Notes under the pieces: generated by a model | Told to the model about the DNA's origin: nothing | The model's database searches: none | What the model saw: only the letters and a program-made list of their open reading frames with translations | Assembly: GCA_902509695.1 (NCBI GenBank) | Contig: CABWYP010000001.1 | Span: 31,932-95,931 of the forward strand | Length of the DNA stretch: 64,000 nucleotides | From: an uncultured Alphaproteobacteria bacterium | GTDB taxonomy: Bacteria > Pseudomonadota > Alphaproteobacteria > HIMB59 | Reading direction: 5' to 3' | Program-made: the position numbers and the translations under genes | Shown: positions 19,100 to 29,022 of the stretch, piece by piece | Position numbering within the stretch: the stretch's first letter is position 1 | How the letters are laid out: each line of letters begins with the position of its first letter

Positions 19100-20771
19100 C
19101 ATGATTCCTGGCTTATGGATGATCATCGCCTCCATTTTATTGCCTATAATCCCACATTATTTCAGAAAACCCGCAATGGTTTTATCAGTATTTTTATCGT
19201 CCCTAACACTTTTAAACGGTTTTGGGACATTCCTTACCTGGGAGATACTTGGTTTCAATCTAACTCTTTATCATTCTGATAATTTAACTTTACCATTTGC
19301 TATTATTTTTCATCTAGCTTCTTTGCTGGTGATTATTTATGGATGGCATAATAAAAATATGATGGAAAATATAGCTACTCTTGCTTATGCGGGTTCGGCT
19401 ATAGGTGCTCTGCATGCAGGAGATTTTATTAGTTTATTTATCTGGTGGGAAGCTACTGCTTTAACCTCAGTTTTTATAGTTCTTGCTGGTAATACAGCTT
19501 CTGCAAGAAATTCTGCTATGAGATATTTAATTATTCAAGTTTGCTCAGGCGTGTTGTTATTAATAGGTGCAAGTATGATGGTTTATCAAACAGGTAACCA
19601 TGAATTAACTAAATTAGACTTATCTAGTAATTTTGGAGTATTTATTTTTTTAGCTTTTGGCATAAAAGCAGCATTTCCATTTTTAAATGGATGGCTTCAA
19701 GACTCTTATCCTGAGTCTTCTCCAACTGGAACTGTAGCTTTATCAGCTTTTACCACAAAGCTAGCCATATATGCTTTGGCTAGGACATTCCCGGGAACTG
19801 AAAGTTTAATTTGGATTGGAGCAATTATGACAGCATTTCCTGTATTTTTTGCAGTTATTGAGAACGATTTAAGAAGAGTTTTATCCTTTAGTCTTAATAA
19901 CCAATTAGGCTTTATGGTTGTGGGAATTGGTATAGGCACTGAATTATCTTTAAATGGAACTGTTGCGCATGCATTTGTTCATATCATTTATAAAGCATTA
20001 TTATTTATGAGTATGGGAGCCGTGCTTCATCGAGTTGGCACAACAAAGGCTTCTGAACTTGGTGGGCTTTATAAGTATATGCCCTTGACAACAATTTTTT
20101 GCATAGTGGGAGCAATGTCCATCTCTGCATTTCCTTTATTTAGCGGTTTTGTGGCCAAGTCCTTAATAATGTCAGCTCTTGGAGGACAAGGCTTGATATT
20201 AATCTACTTTATTTTGTTTTTTGCTTCTGCTGGTGTGTTGGAACATTCTGGAATTAAGATACCTTATTTCGCTTTTTTCGCTCATGAGAGAAAAACAAAA
20301 GTAAAAGAGGCACCATTTAATATGTTATTAGCGATGGGTATTGCGGCTCTTTTATGTATTGGCATAGGCGTTTATCCAAAATATCTTTACTCAATTCTAC
20401 CCTATGCTGTAGATTATCAACCTTATAGCATTGATCATATAGTAAGCCAACTTCAACTATTGGTATTTGCAATATTGGCCTTCTTGTTTTTAGTTAAATT
20501 TAACCTTTATCCCTCTGAGATTAAATCAACAGTCTTAAACTCTGATTGGTTTTATAGAAAAATGCTACCGGGGATAGGAAAACCATTATTTAAAACTTTA
20601 TCATTTATAATAAATGAAATTTACTCACTAATAGCATTTTTATTTAAATTATCTTTGGGTAAAACAAAATCTTTTACTCAGGTTCATTATATTAAAGTAA
20701 CTTCACCAGGTTTTGCTGCGCTTGTACTTATCTTAATTTTATTTTTAATGCTTCTTATAGCTATTATTTAG
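19089..20771 (+). CDS. Antiporter-like subunit, MrpD family (copy 3)
   Basis: FIWWE, KAAFPFLNGWL.DSYP, SAFTTK, RRVLSFS, HIIYKALLFM. Confidence 0.88.
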   Translation: MISSMIPGLWMIIASILLPIIPHYFRKPAMVLSVFLSSLTLLNGFGTFLTWEILGFNLTLYHSDNLTLPFAIIFHLASLLVIIYGWHNKNMMENIATLAYAGSAIGALHAGDFISLFIWWEATALTSVFIVLAGNTASARNSAMRYLIIQVCSGVLLLIGASMMVYQTGNHELTKLDLSSNFGVFIFLAFGIKAAFPFLNGWLQDSYPESSPTGTVALSAFTTKLAIYALARTFPGTESLIWIGAIMTAFPVFFAVIENDLRRVLSFSLNNQLGFMVVGIGIGTELSLNGTVAHAFVHIIYKALLFMSMGAVLHRVGTTKASELGGLYKYMPLTTIFCIVGAMSISAFPLFSGFVAKSLIMSALGGQGLILIYFILFFASAGVLEHSGIKIPYFAFFAHERKTKVKEAPFNMLLAMGIAALLCIGIGVYPKYLYSILPYAVDYQPYSIDHIVSQLQLLVFAILAFLFLVKFNLYPSEIKSTVLNSDWFYRKMLPGIGKPLFKTLSFIINEIYSLIAFLFKLSLGKTKSFTQVHYIKVTSPGFAALVLILILFLMLLIAII

Positions 20772-21060
20772 TTTTTTTTATTTTTGAGAACTCTAATTTT
20801 ATAGCCTCTTGAATAAATATTTGCCAAATTCTTGTAACAACTTCTTGGTCTATCTTATTTTTTTTTGCTTTAGCTTGAACAGATTTTAATATGTGAGTTA
20901 TTCTCTCATGGTCTATGATTTGATCATGATTATCTTTTAATTTGGTTACCTTGTGTATTTCTTTAAATCTATCAGCTATTAATTTGATAATTTTGTTATC
21001 AATATCATCAATGCTTTTCCTGACTTTTTTCAATTCTAAAATATTATTATTTTTTTTCAT
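20764..21060 (-). CDS. Chorismate mutase type II (AroQ-like)
   Basis: L..VRKSIDDID..II.LIADR, D.ER. Confidence 0.85.
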   Translation of the reverse strand: MKKNNNILELKKVRKSIDDIDNKIIKLIADRFKEIHKVTKLKDNHDQIIDHERITHILKSVQAKAKKNKIDQEVVTRIWQIFIQEAIKLEFSKIKKTK

Positions 21061-21091
21061 AGTTTTAAGACTAATATATTATTTAAGCTGA

Positions 21092-21643
21092 ATGAAAACA
21101 ATTAAATCAAATCATAAAGTTGCTATTTTTTGTGGTTCAATGTTTGGATCAAAAAAAGAATATAAAGACCTTGCTATCAAAGTTACAGAATATTTGTCAA
21201 AAAGTAATTATGATATTGTTTATGGCGGTGGTGAAAACGGTTTAATGGGAGTAGTTGCAAATACTGCACTAAAATATAATGCCCATGTAACTGGAATAAT
21301 TCCAGATTTTTTAGATAATAGAGAAACTATTCATAGAAAAATTGACAAAATTATTATCACAAAAACTATGGAGCAAAGAAAAAAAAAGTTTTTATCTATT
21401 TCAGATAGTTTTATAGCATTACCAGGAGGAGGAGGCACTATAGAAGAAATAGGTCTTGTATTGAGTGCTCTTCAGTTAGGTGTAATCAAAAATAAAAAAC
21501 TTGTCATTTTTAATTATAAAAATTACTGGTCAGATATTATTAAGCAATACAGTAAAGTAGTAAATAGTGGCTTTGCATACAAGAGTTTTAATAATTTATT
21601 CTTAGTGTGCTCAAATCTTAATCAGCTCAAGAAACACTTTTAA
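21092..21643 (+). CDS. LOG-family nucleotide phosphoribohydrolase
   Basis: VAIFCGS, VYGGG..GLMG, M.QRK, LPGGGGTIEE. Confidence 0.9.
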   Translation: MKTIKSNHKVAIFCGSMFGSKKEYKDLAIKVTEYLSKSNYDIVYGGGENGLMGVVANTALKYNAHVTGIIPDFLDNRETIHRKIDKIIITKTMEQRKKKFLSISDSFIALPGGGGTIEEIGLVLSALQLGVIKNKKLVIFNYKNYWSDIIKQYSKVVNSGFAYKSFNNLFLVCSNLNQLKKHF

Positions 21644-22425
21644 TTCTTTTTTATATATTTTAGCCAATTAGATAACTCCATTGTTCTTATGTTAAAATCA
21701 GTAACTGAATTGCTGTAACTATCTTTATGGGGTATTTTGTAACTAGAAATAAGGCCTTCTATTTGATTTTTTGAAAATAAATTTTCATCTAAAAGTAATT
21801 TTTTACGGGCATTTAGAATTTGACCTGTATATTTAAAATTAAATTCTGGGTGATATTGTGTACCCCAAAAGTTTTTACTTGAAAGAGATTGAATGGAGTA
21901 ATGATTATCAGCTAAAGCAACTGATTTTTTTGGCAATTTAGTAACATGATCTAAATGTGAAGCAAAAGCATCAAAGATTTTTGGTTTTTTTTTATACATC
22001 CAATGATCTCTACCTTTTTTATTTAAAGATATATTGAAAGATATTCCAATTTCTCTCCCTTTTTTATTCTTTTTTACTTCACCACCATTACAAACTGTGT
22101 AAAGTTGCATTCCCCAACAACTTCCAAAAATCTTTATAGGAAGATTAGATATTCTTTTCATTAAAGTGATTTGATTTTTGATTTCTTTAGTATTGTCGTA
22201 CATATTAAGACTAGATCCTGTCCAAACAATGCCATTAAAAGAATGAAAAAAACTATCATCATATACTTTCTTTAAATCCATTGATGGATAGATGAAAGTA
22301 GCTTTTATTTTTGGATCTATTTTCTTTAATTGATCTCTGTAAAATTCACAAATTGGTTGAATTTTATATTTTGCTAATTTACACCAACCTTTTTTGTCGT
22401 ATCCATTAACTATTAGTAAATTCAT
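21640..22425 (-). CDS. Class I glutamine amidotransferase-like protein
   Basis: Nucleophile elbow GSCWGMQ and QYHPE give a Cys-His-Glu triad. Confidence 0.85.
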   Translation of the reverse strand: MNLLIVNGYDKKGWCKLAKYKIQPICEFYRDQLKKIDPKIKATFIYPSMDLKKVYDDSFFHSFNGIVWTGSSLNMYDNTKEIKNQITLMKRISNLPIKIFGSCWGMQLYTVCNGGEVKKNKKGREIGISFNISLNKKGRDHWMYKKKPKIFDAFASHLDHVTKLPKKSVALADNHYSIQSLSSKNFWGTQYHPEFNFKYTGQILNARKKLLLDENLFSKNQIEGLISSYKIPHKDSYSNSVTDFNIRTMELSNWLKYIKKN

Positions 22426-22453
22426 GCATATTTAATATAGTGACTTTATTCAA

Positions 22454-23326
22454 ATGTCAGCATTTATCTACAAGTCCTTATCTGTTTTATTTTTTGTGTT
22501 AATGAGTGTTTGCATTAAAGCTACTGGAGATCATATCCCTTTGTTTCAAGTAGTTTTTTTTAGGAACTTTTTTGCATTACTACCGTTGATTTTTTTCATC
22601 TATTTCTTAAAACTTAATATTCGATCAATTAATAATTATAAACTTCACCTTGTTAGAGCCTTCATAGGAATAACAGCAATGAGTTTATTTTTTGTCTCTC
22701 TTCGCTATGTCCCATTAGTTGAGATGCAAACAATAAGTTACTCATCTGTTTTTTTTATTTCTATCTTATCAATTTTCTTTTTGGGTGAAAAAATTGGATA
22801 CAGAAGAATTATTGCTATAATCGTAGGATTTATTGGAATATTAATAATTTTAAAACCAAGTTCTGCTATATTTTCTAATTATTCCTTACTTCCTTTAATA
22901 GCTAGTTTATTTTTATCCATGGCTGTCATAGTTTTAAAAAAAATATTATTAACAAATAATAATGTACTTTCAGTTTGGGTATTTACAATTTTTTGCACAA
23001 TTATCAGTTTATTTTTTTATAATAAAAGTTGGATTTGGCCAAATAATTTGGATTTGACTTTTATGGTTGCATCAGGATTATTAGGTTTTGTTGCTCAAAT
23101 ATGCCTCACTAAATCTTTTCAGTTAGCTGATGCATCTGTATTAGCACCTTTAGATTTTTCCTCAGTGATTTGGTCGTTTTTTTTAGGTTATATTTTTTTT
23201 GGGGAATTAATTTCTCTCGATGTATTACTAGGCGGTTTTATTATTATTCTTAGTGTTGGTTATATATTTTATCGTGAAAGAGTATTACAAAAACAGGTTG
23301 TATTAGGAGTCAATAAACAATTTTAA
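22454..23326 (+). CDS. DMT/EamA family transporter
   Basis: About 10 TM in two repeats; VFFR, FLGEKIG.RR, ADASVLAP. Confidence 0.88.
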   Translation: MSAFIYKSLSVLFFVLMSVCIKATGDHIPLFQVVFFRNFFALLPLIFFIYFLKLNIRSINNYKLHLVRAFIGITAMSLFFVSLRYVPLVEMQTISYSSVFFISILSIFFLGEKIGYRRIIAIIVGFIGILIILKPSSAIFSNYSLLPLIASLFLSMAVIVLKKILLTNNNVLSVWVFTIFCTIISLFFYNKSWIWPNNLDLTFMVASGLLGFVAQICLTKSFQLADASVLAPLDFSSVIWSFFLGYIFFGELISLDVLLGGFIIILSVGYIFYRERVLQKQVVLGVNKQF

Positions 23327-23369
23327 ATAAGTAATTAGACATAAATACTATTTTTTGATAATTAAAATT

Positions 23370-23810
23370 ATGGAATATTTACATACGATGGTTAGAGTGA
23401 GTAACCTTGAGGCATCTATTGATTTTTACTGTAATAAATTAGGTCTCATTGAGTTTTCAAGAAAAGATTATGAGAAGGGAAGATTTACTCTCATATTTCT
23501 TTGTGCCCCTGAAGATAAGAAGATTGCTGATCAAAGTAGGAAGCCTCTACTGGAACTAACATATAATTGGGATAAGGAAGAATACACTGGAGGGAGAAAC
23601 TTCGGACATTTAGCTTTTAATGTTGAAAATATTTATGATACATGTCAAAAACTTTTGAACGATGGAGTCATAATAAATAGACCTCCTAGAGATGGCCATA
23701 TGGCATTTATAAAATCACCAGATGGAATATCTATAGAATTGCTTCAAAAAGGTGAAAATCTTGAACCTCAAGAACCATGGTCGAAAATGGAAAACTCAGG
23801 TAGCTGGTAG
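23370..23810 (+). CDS. gloA: Lactoylglutathione lyase (glyoxalase I)
   Basis: [41 protein letters not shown]; likely ATG at 23370. Confidence 0.88.
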   Translation: MEYLHTMVRVSNLEASIDFYCNKLGLIEFSRKDYEKGRFTLIFLCAPEDKKIADQSRKPLLELTYNWDKEEYTGGRNFGHLAFNVENIYDTCQKLLNDGVIINRPPRDGHMAFIKSPDGISIELLQKGENLEPQEPWSKMENSGSW

Positions 23811-23811
23811 T

Positions 23812-24093
23812 TTAAATTTCAGAGAGTTTTTTTAGAATGTCTTCTCGAGTAAGTGTGCCATTATTTTGAGCTACAACCTCTAAAGCCTTCCTAATAATAT
23901 CCTCATCTCCTGGTTCTTCTAGATCTGATAAGATTATTTCTCTAAGAAGTTCTTGATTTTCTTGTTGACCAATATTTTCTAAAATAAATTCTGCAAATAC
24001 CTTATTTCTTGAATTTCTTTTATCAAACTCAGACTGATCTTTTTGGCTTTGCTCAGCCTCAAAAGCTTTTTCTCTATCTTTAAATTTATCCAT
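23812..24093 (-). CDS. DUF1476 / F1Fo-ATPase inhibitor zeta subunit
   Basis: FKDREKAFEA..EF...RNK and D.EEPGDED.IRK pattern of the alphaproteobacterial zeta subunit. Confidence 0.8.
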   Translation of the reverse strand: MDKFKDREKAFEAEQSQKDQSEFDKRNSRNKVFAEFILENIGQQENQELLREIILSDLEEPGDEDIIRKALEVVAQNNGTLTREDILKKLSEI

Positions 24094-24100
24094 GAGTTTA

Positions 24101-25591
24101 TTATTTCATAGTTGGCATATTGAGTGAAGCCCCTGCGACATCATCTGGCCATCTAGATGTAACAGTCTTTCTTTTTGTATAAAAATTTATTCCTTCCTCT
24201 CCATGCATTCCATGTCCACCAAAAATTGAGCCTTTCCAACCACCAAAACTATAAAAGGCCATTGGCACAGGAATCGGAACATTTATGCCAACCATTCCAA
24301 TTTGAACATTTTTCATGAAGTTTCTAGCAAATGTCCCATTTGAGGTATAAATCGACGTCCCATTCCCATATTCATGATTATTAATAATTTTCATAGCTTC
24401 TTCAAAATTATCTAAATTGACAACTGATAAAACAGGACCGAAAATTTCTTCTTTATAAATTGTCATATTGGTTTTGACATTATTAAATATTGTTGGTCCG
24501 ACAAAATTTCCATTATCAAAACCTTGCAAAGATAGGTTTCTCCCATCAATTTCTAGATCAGCTCCCTCAGAGACACCTTTTTCAATGTAAGATAATACCT
24601 TTTGTTTATGTTCCTTAGTTATAAGAGGTCCCATCTCGCTTTGAGGATCTAAAGATTCTCCTAATTTTATTTTTGAAGTTTTATCTTTAAGTAATTCCAT
24701 GAAAGGCTTTTGTATTTTTCCAATAGGTATAGCAACCGAAGTAGCCATACACCTTTCTCCTGCAGATCCAAAAGCTGCACCAATAAGACCATTTACTGCA
24801 TCTTCTAAATTAGCATCTTCCATAATCAGCATATGATTTTTTGCTCCACCTAATGCTTGAACTCTTTTATTGTTGTTTGAGCATTCGGTGTAAATATATT
24901 TAGCAACAGGCGTTGAACCGACAAAGCTTACTGAAGAAATATCAGGAGATTGTAATATTAAATCTACTACACTTTTATCACCATTTACAATTGTTAAGAT
25001 ATTTTCTGGCAAACCTGCTTCTGAAAGTAGCTCAGCTAGACGAAGTGAACATTGTGGAACCTTTTCAGAGGGTTTAAGAATAAATGCATTACCACAAGCA
25101 ATTGAAAGTGGAAACATCCACAATGGGACCATAGCAGGAAAATTAAATGGAGTTATACCTGCACAAATACCAAGTGGCTGTCTTATATCGTATGAGTCTA
25201 CATTAGTCCCAACATTAACAGAGTGGTTACCTTTTAGTAAATGGGGTATACCACATGCAAAATCAACAACTTCTAAGCCTCTTTGCAAAGAACCTTTTGC
25301 ATCAGAAAAAACCTTACCATGTTCTTCTGAAATTATTTTAGCTATCTCATCAAAGTTTTTTTCTATCAGTGATTTAAACTTAAAAAAAACACCGCTTCTT
25401 TTTGTTATGGGTGTTTCTGACCATATAGATTGAGCTATCTTCATTTTTTCAATTATTTTTTGAAATTCATCTTTAGGTGTAATTGGAACATGAGCATATT
25501 CCTCACCAGTTGTAGGCTTAAATAAGGAAATATAATTAGTGGGAGTCACTTGGGTTAATTTTCCATCAACAAAATTACCAATAATCTTCAT
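24101..25591 (-). CDS. mmsA: CoA-acylating (methyl)malonate-semialdehyde dehydrogenase
   Basis: ITPFNFPAMVPLWM, KPSEKVP, FVGST, GGAKNH, AFGSAGERCMA, INVPIPVP. Confidence 0.93.
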   Translation of the reverse strand: MKIIGNFVDGKLTQVTPTNYISLFKPTTGEEYAHVPITPKDEFQKIIEKMKIAQSIWSETPITKRSGVFFKFKSLIEKNFDEIAKIISEEHGKVFSDAKGSLQRGLEVVDFACGIPHLLKGNHSVNVGTNVDSYDIRQPLGICAGITPFNFPAMVPLWMFPLSIACGNAFILKPSEKVPQCSLRLAELLSEAGLPENILTIVNGDKSVVDLILQSPDISSVSFVGSTPVAKYIYTECSNNNKRVQALGGAKNHMLIMEDANLEDAVNGLIGAAFGSAGERCMATSVAIPIGKIQKPFMELLKDKTSKIKLGESLDPQSEMGPLITKEHKQKVLSYIEKGVSEGADLEIDGRNLSLQGFDNGNFVGPTIFNNVKTNMTIYKEEIFGPVLSVVNLDNFEEAMKIINNHEYGNGTSIYTSNGTFARNFMKNVQIGMVGINVPIPVPMAFYSFGGWKGSIFGGHGMHGEEGINFYTKRKTVTSRWPDDVAGASLNMPTMK

Positions 25592-25671
25592 AGGAAGCCA
25601 AAATAGCCAAATATTATTAATTGTAAATATTTAATCTGATTGATTTTACATAAGCAATTGTTAATATTTTG

Positions 25672-25756
25672 TTAAACAGGGGTGCTTTAGTAAAGCTGAG
25701 AGAGGATTTCCTTAACCCTAGAACCTGAACCGGATAATGCCGGCGTAGGAAGTTAT
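25672..25756 (+). ncRNA. TPP riboswitch (thi-box)
   Basis: AGGGGTGC...CTGAGA...ACCC..GAACCTGA.CCGG-ATAATG-CCGG-CGTAGGAA conserved core, upstream of thiB; ends approximate. Confidence 0.93.
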
Positions 25757-25801
25757 ACCTACCACAGCAGTCTTGGTTCTTTGTTAATGAAAGGATTAAC
25801 G

Positions 25802-26776
25802 ATGAACTTTAAAACATTTATAATACTACTACTTCTACCTTTAGGTGCCTTGGCAAAACAAGAATTAAAAGTATTTACCTACGGCTCTTTTAATTCAGAA
25901 TGGGGTCCTGGCCCAAATATTAAAAAAGAGTTTGAGCTTATTTGTGATTGTGACCTTATTTGGAATACGGCGGACTCATCTGGAGCACTTTTCTCAAGGG
26001 TAAAATTGACAAATAATAAAGAGGGATATGATATTTTATTAGGCCTAGATGAATCATTAATTGAAGAGGCAAAAAAAAATAATCTATTTGTTAAACACTC
26101 AATAAATACAAGTAATTTAGAAATAGAATGGAATGATGAATACTTCACTCCTTTTGACTATGGATACTTTAGTTTCATATATGACAGTATGAAATTAAAA
26201 CAACCTCCAAATTCCTTCAAAGAACTGGCTGAGAGAGATGATTTATCCATTATTATAATGGATCCTAGATACTCAACTCCGGGATTAGGTTTAGCTAAGT
26301 GGATAAGTCAAATTTATGAGGAAAACTCCACAAATTTTTGGAAAAAAATTCAAGATCAAATAGTTATTACTTCTAAAAGTTGGTCTGATGGATATGGATT
26401 ATTTCTTGAGGGAGAGTCAGACTTGGTTTTAAGTTATACCACATCCCCTGCCTATCATTCTTTGATTGAGGGTAAAGAACAATATAAATCATTGAAATTT
26501 GAAGAAGGACATGCCAGTCAAATAGAGGTCATGGGTATTTTAAAAAATGCTTCAAATCTAGATTTAGCTGAAAATTTTTTAAACTTTTCACTAACAGAAA
26601 ATTTTCAAAAACATATTCCTCAAGGTAACTGGATGTATCCGGTTATAGACTTACGGGCATCTCAAAAGGAATTTTACAATGCTGCTCCTTTGCCTGTTTC
26701 TATTGATCAAATATTCCCATCAAGTGAAGAAAAAAATCGTTGGGTAGAAAATTGGGAAAAATCAATTATTGAATAA
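25802..26776 (+). CDS. thiB: Thiamine ABC transporter binding protein
   Basis: TYGSFNSEWGPGP, PFDYGYF, DPRYSTPGLG, SYTTSPAYH, NWMYPV; start set at ATG 25802 after SD AAGGA. Confidence 0.92.
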   Translation: MNFKTFIILLLLPLGALAKQELKVFTYGSFNSEWGPGPNIKKEFELICDCDLIWNTADSSGALFSRVKLTNNKEGYDILLGLDESLIEEAKKNNLFVKHSINTSNLEIEWNDEYFTPFDYGYFSFIYDSMKLKQPPNSFKELAERDDLSIIIMDPRYSTPGLGLAKWISQIYEENSTNFWKKIQDQIVITSKSWSDGYGLFLEGESDLVLSYTTSPAYHSLIEGKEQYKSLKFEEGHASQIEVMGILKNASNLDLAENFLNFSLTENFQKHIPQGNWMYPVIDLRASQKEFYNAAPLPVSIDQIFPSSEEKNRWVENWEKSIIE

Positions 26777-28343
26777 ATTCAAATTAGATAAGGGAGCTTA
26801 TATCATAAGGCTCCCTTATTTTTTTTACTTATTATTTATATTTATATTATTTAGCACCACACTTTATTTTTTAGTTAATATTGATAGCTTTCAAAATTTT
26901 AAAATTTCTTTTTATATGAAGACTATTAAATTTACTTTTATTCAAGCCTTTTTAGCTTGTTCAATTTCTTCAATTATTGGTTTTTTTTTCAGTCTTGTAC
27001 TATATTACTCTAATAGAGATCAAAGAATTATTTCATCTTTTTTAAATTTCTGTTTTATTCTTCCAGTTATTTTTATTTCTTTTGGTTCAATTTATTTTTA
27101 TAGCTCTAAAGGTATTCTTTCTACTTTACTTGGTTGGCTATCTATTGAATATGATATGAAAATTTTTTCATTGACGGGTATAATATATGTCACCTCTTAT
27201 TTTAATATTGCTTTTAATGCAAATTTCTTCTACCGAAAATTAATAAATATCCCTAATAATTATCTTAGAGTTCTTCAGTCTAATGGTGTCCCATTTATAA
27301 AATCATTAAGACTTCAGCTTAAAAACTATATATTTTCTGGTTATTCTTCTGTCATAATTTTAACTTTGGTTTTTTGTATTGGTAATTTCACAATTGTTTA
27401 TCTTTTATCTGGTTCACCTAAGCTAACAACGATAGAGCTAGCTATTTATCAATCTATTATTTTTGAGGCAGATTTAAAAATGGCTATTCTTTTAGGCTTC
27501 ACTCAATTAATTATTATCTTATTAATTTCATTTTCAATTATTACAAAATCAAAATCTTTTTATACGTTTACTTCATATAAAAATTCTTTTCTAAATTTAA
27601 AAAAAAATATATTTTTGGAATTAATTTTTTGGCTTATTATTGCATATTTTTCAATTCCTTTTTTAGTTTTAATTAAAGGCTTAATTTCGTTTAATTTAGA
27701 ATTATTGATTTCAATAAGCTTTCTTAAAAGTTTATTGAATAGTTTGTTGGTTTCTTTTTTATCAATAATTATTTCAATCTTATTTACTCTTTCTTCATTA
27801 TTTGTTTATAGATATTTCTTAGAACAAAATCTTTTTTTTCATAAACTTATATTTCTTTCTATCTCCATATTACTTTTTATCCCATCTTTATCTCTTTCCG
27901 CTATGATCTTTTATCTAAATTTTCAAATCAATTTTATGATTGATAGTCTTTGGATAGTTTCAATAATTAATAGCCTTTTTATAACCCCCATAATGTTTAT
28001 TTTTCTTTCTGGGAAATTTACTGAAAATTATAAAATCGAATTTATCAATATTGTTCTTTTTAAAGTAAGTTCTGTAAATAGATTAATTAAAATAGATCTT
28101 CCTAAGATTAAATATGAATTAATCCTTATTACTGCTACTCTTTTTGTATTAAGTTTAGGAGATTTAACCTCTGTAACTATCTTTAATGATAGTTCTTTTA
28201 AAACAGTGCCATTATATATTTCACAACTTTATAGTAGTTATAGATATGATGATGCCTTTTTTATTTTGAGTATTTTTATATTATTAATTTTCCAAATTAT
28301 GTACATACCAACCAAATTAATAAAAAAAAATGTTAAAAGTTAA
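26769..28343 (+). CDS. thiP: Thiamine ABC permease (divergent, very AT-rich)
   Basis: Two permease halves; FTFIQA, GSPKLTTIELAIYQ, LSLGD..., PLYISQL..SYR. Confidence 0.85.
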   Translation: MNKFKLDKGAYIIRLPYFFYLLFIFILFSTTLYFLVNIDSFQNFKISFYMKTIKFTFIQAFLACSISSIIGFFFSLVLYYSNRDQRIISSFLNFCFILPVIFISFGSIYFYSSKGILSTLLGWLSIEYDMKIFSLTGIIYVTSYFNIAFNANFFYRKLINIPNNYLRVLQSNGVPFIKSLRLQLKNYIFSGYSSVIILTLVFCIGNFTIVYLLSGSPKLTTIELAIYQSIIFEADLKMAILLGFTQLIIILLISFSIITKSKSFYTFTSYKNSFLNLKKNIFLELIFWLIIAYFSIPFLVLIKGLISFNLELLISISFLKSLLNSLLVSFLSIIISILFTLSSLFVYRYFLEQNLFFHKLIFLSISILLFIPSLSLSAMIFYLNFQINFMIDSLWIVSIINSLFITPIMFIFLSGKFTENYKIEFINIVLFKVSSVNRLIKIDLPKIKYELILITATLFVLSLGDLTSVTIFNDSSFKTVPLYISQLYSSYRYDDAFFILSIFILLIFQIMYIPTKLIKKNVKS

Positions 28344-29022
28344 TAAAATTAAATATAATTATGGAAAATCATTATTTTCTTTTGATTTTAAATTAACAAA
28401 TAGTCAAATTATCGGCGTAGTAGGTAAAAGTGGATCTGGAAAATCTACCTTATTTAACCTAATAGCAGGTTTCCTTATTCCCAAAAGTGGCACAATCTAT
28501 TTCGATAATAGGAATATAACAACATTAAAACCTTACGACAGGGATATGACAATAATGTTCCAAGATCACAACAACTTTAATCATTTATCAATATTTGAAA
28601 ATATTATTTTGGGAGTCGACTCAAATATGAATAAAACCTCTAATAACATTAAAATAGTGGAAGATATTGTTAAAAAAGTATCACTTAAAATTGACATTAA
28701 TAAAAAAGTTAGTGATCTGTCTGGGGGTGAACAACAAAGAGTAACAATTGCAAGATGTCTTTTAAGAAAAAAACCTCTTTTACTTCTTGACGAGCCGTTT
28801 AATACATTAGACCCAGGATTAAGAAAAATTCTTTATGAAGATATAAAAAAAATATCTATTAATAATAAATTGACAACTTTAATCAGTAGCCATTTGATAG
28901 ATGAAATAAGAAATGTGACTGATAATTTTTTATTCGTTGATAAAGGTAAAATTATCGAAAATAAAATTTTATCTTATCGCCAACTTCTTAAAAATAAATT
29001 ATTTACAGAATATTTAAAATAA
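28330..29022 (+). CDS. thiQ: Thiamine ABC ATPase
   Basis: GKSGSGKST, LIAGF, FQDHN.F.HL, LSGGEQQR, LLLDEPF. Confidence 0.88.
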   Translation: MLKVNKIKYNYGKSLFSFDFKLTNSQIIGVVGKSGSGKSTLFNLIAGFLIPKSGTIYFDNRNITTLKPYDRDMTIMFQDHNNFNHLSIFENIILGVDSNMNKTSNNIKIVEDIVKKVSLKIDINKKVSDLSGGEQQRVTIARCLLRKKPLLLLDEPFNTLDPGLRKILYEDIKKISINNKLTTLISSHLIDEIRNVTDNFLFVDKGKIIENKILSYRQLLKNKLFTEYLK

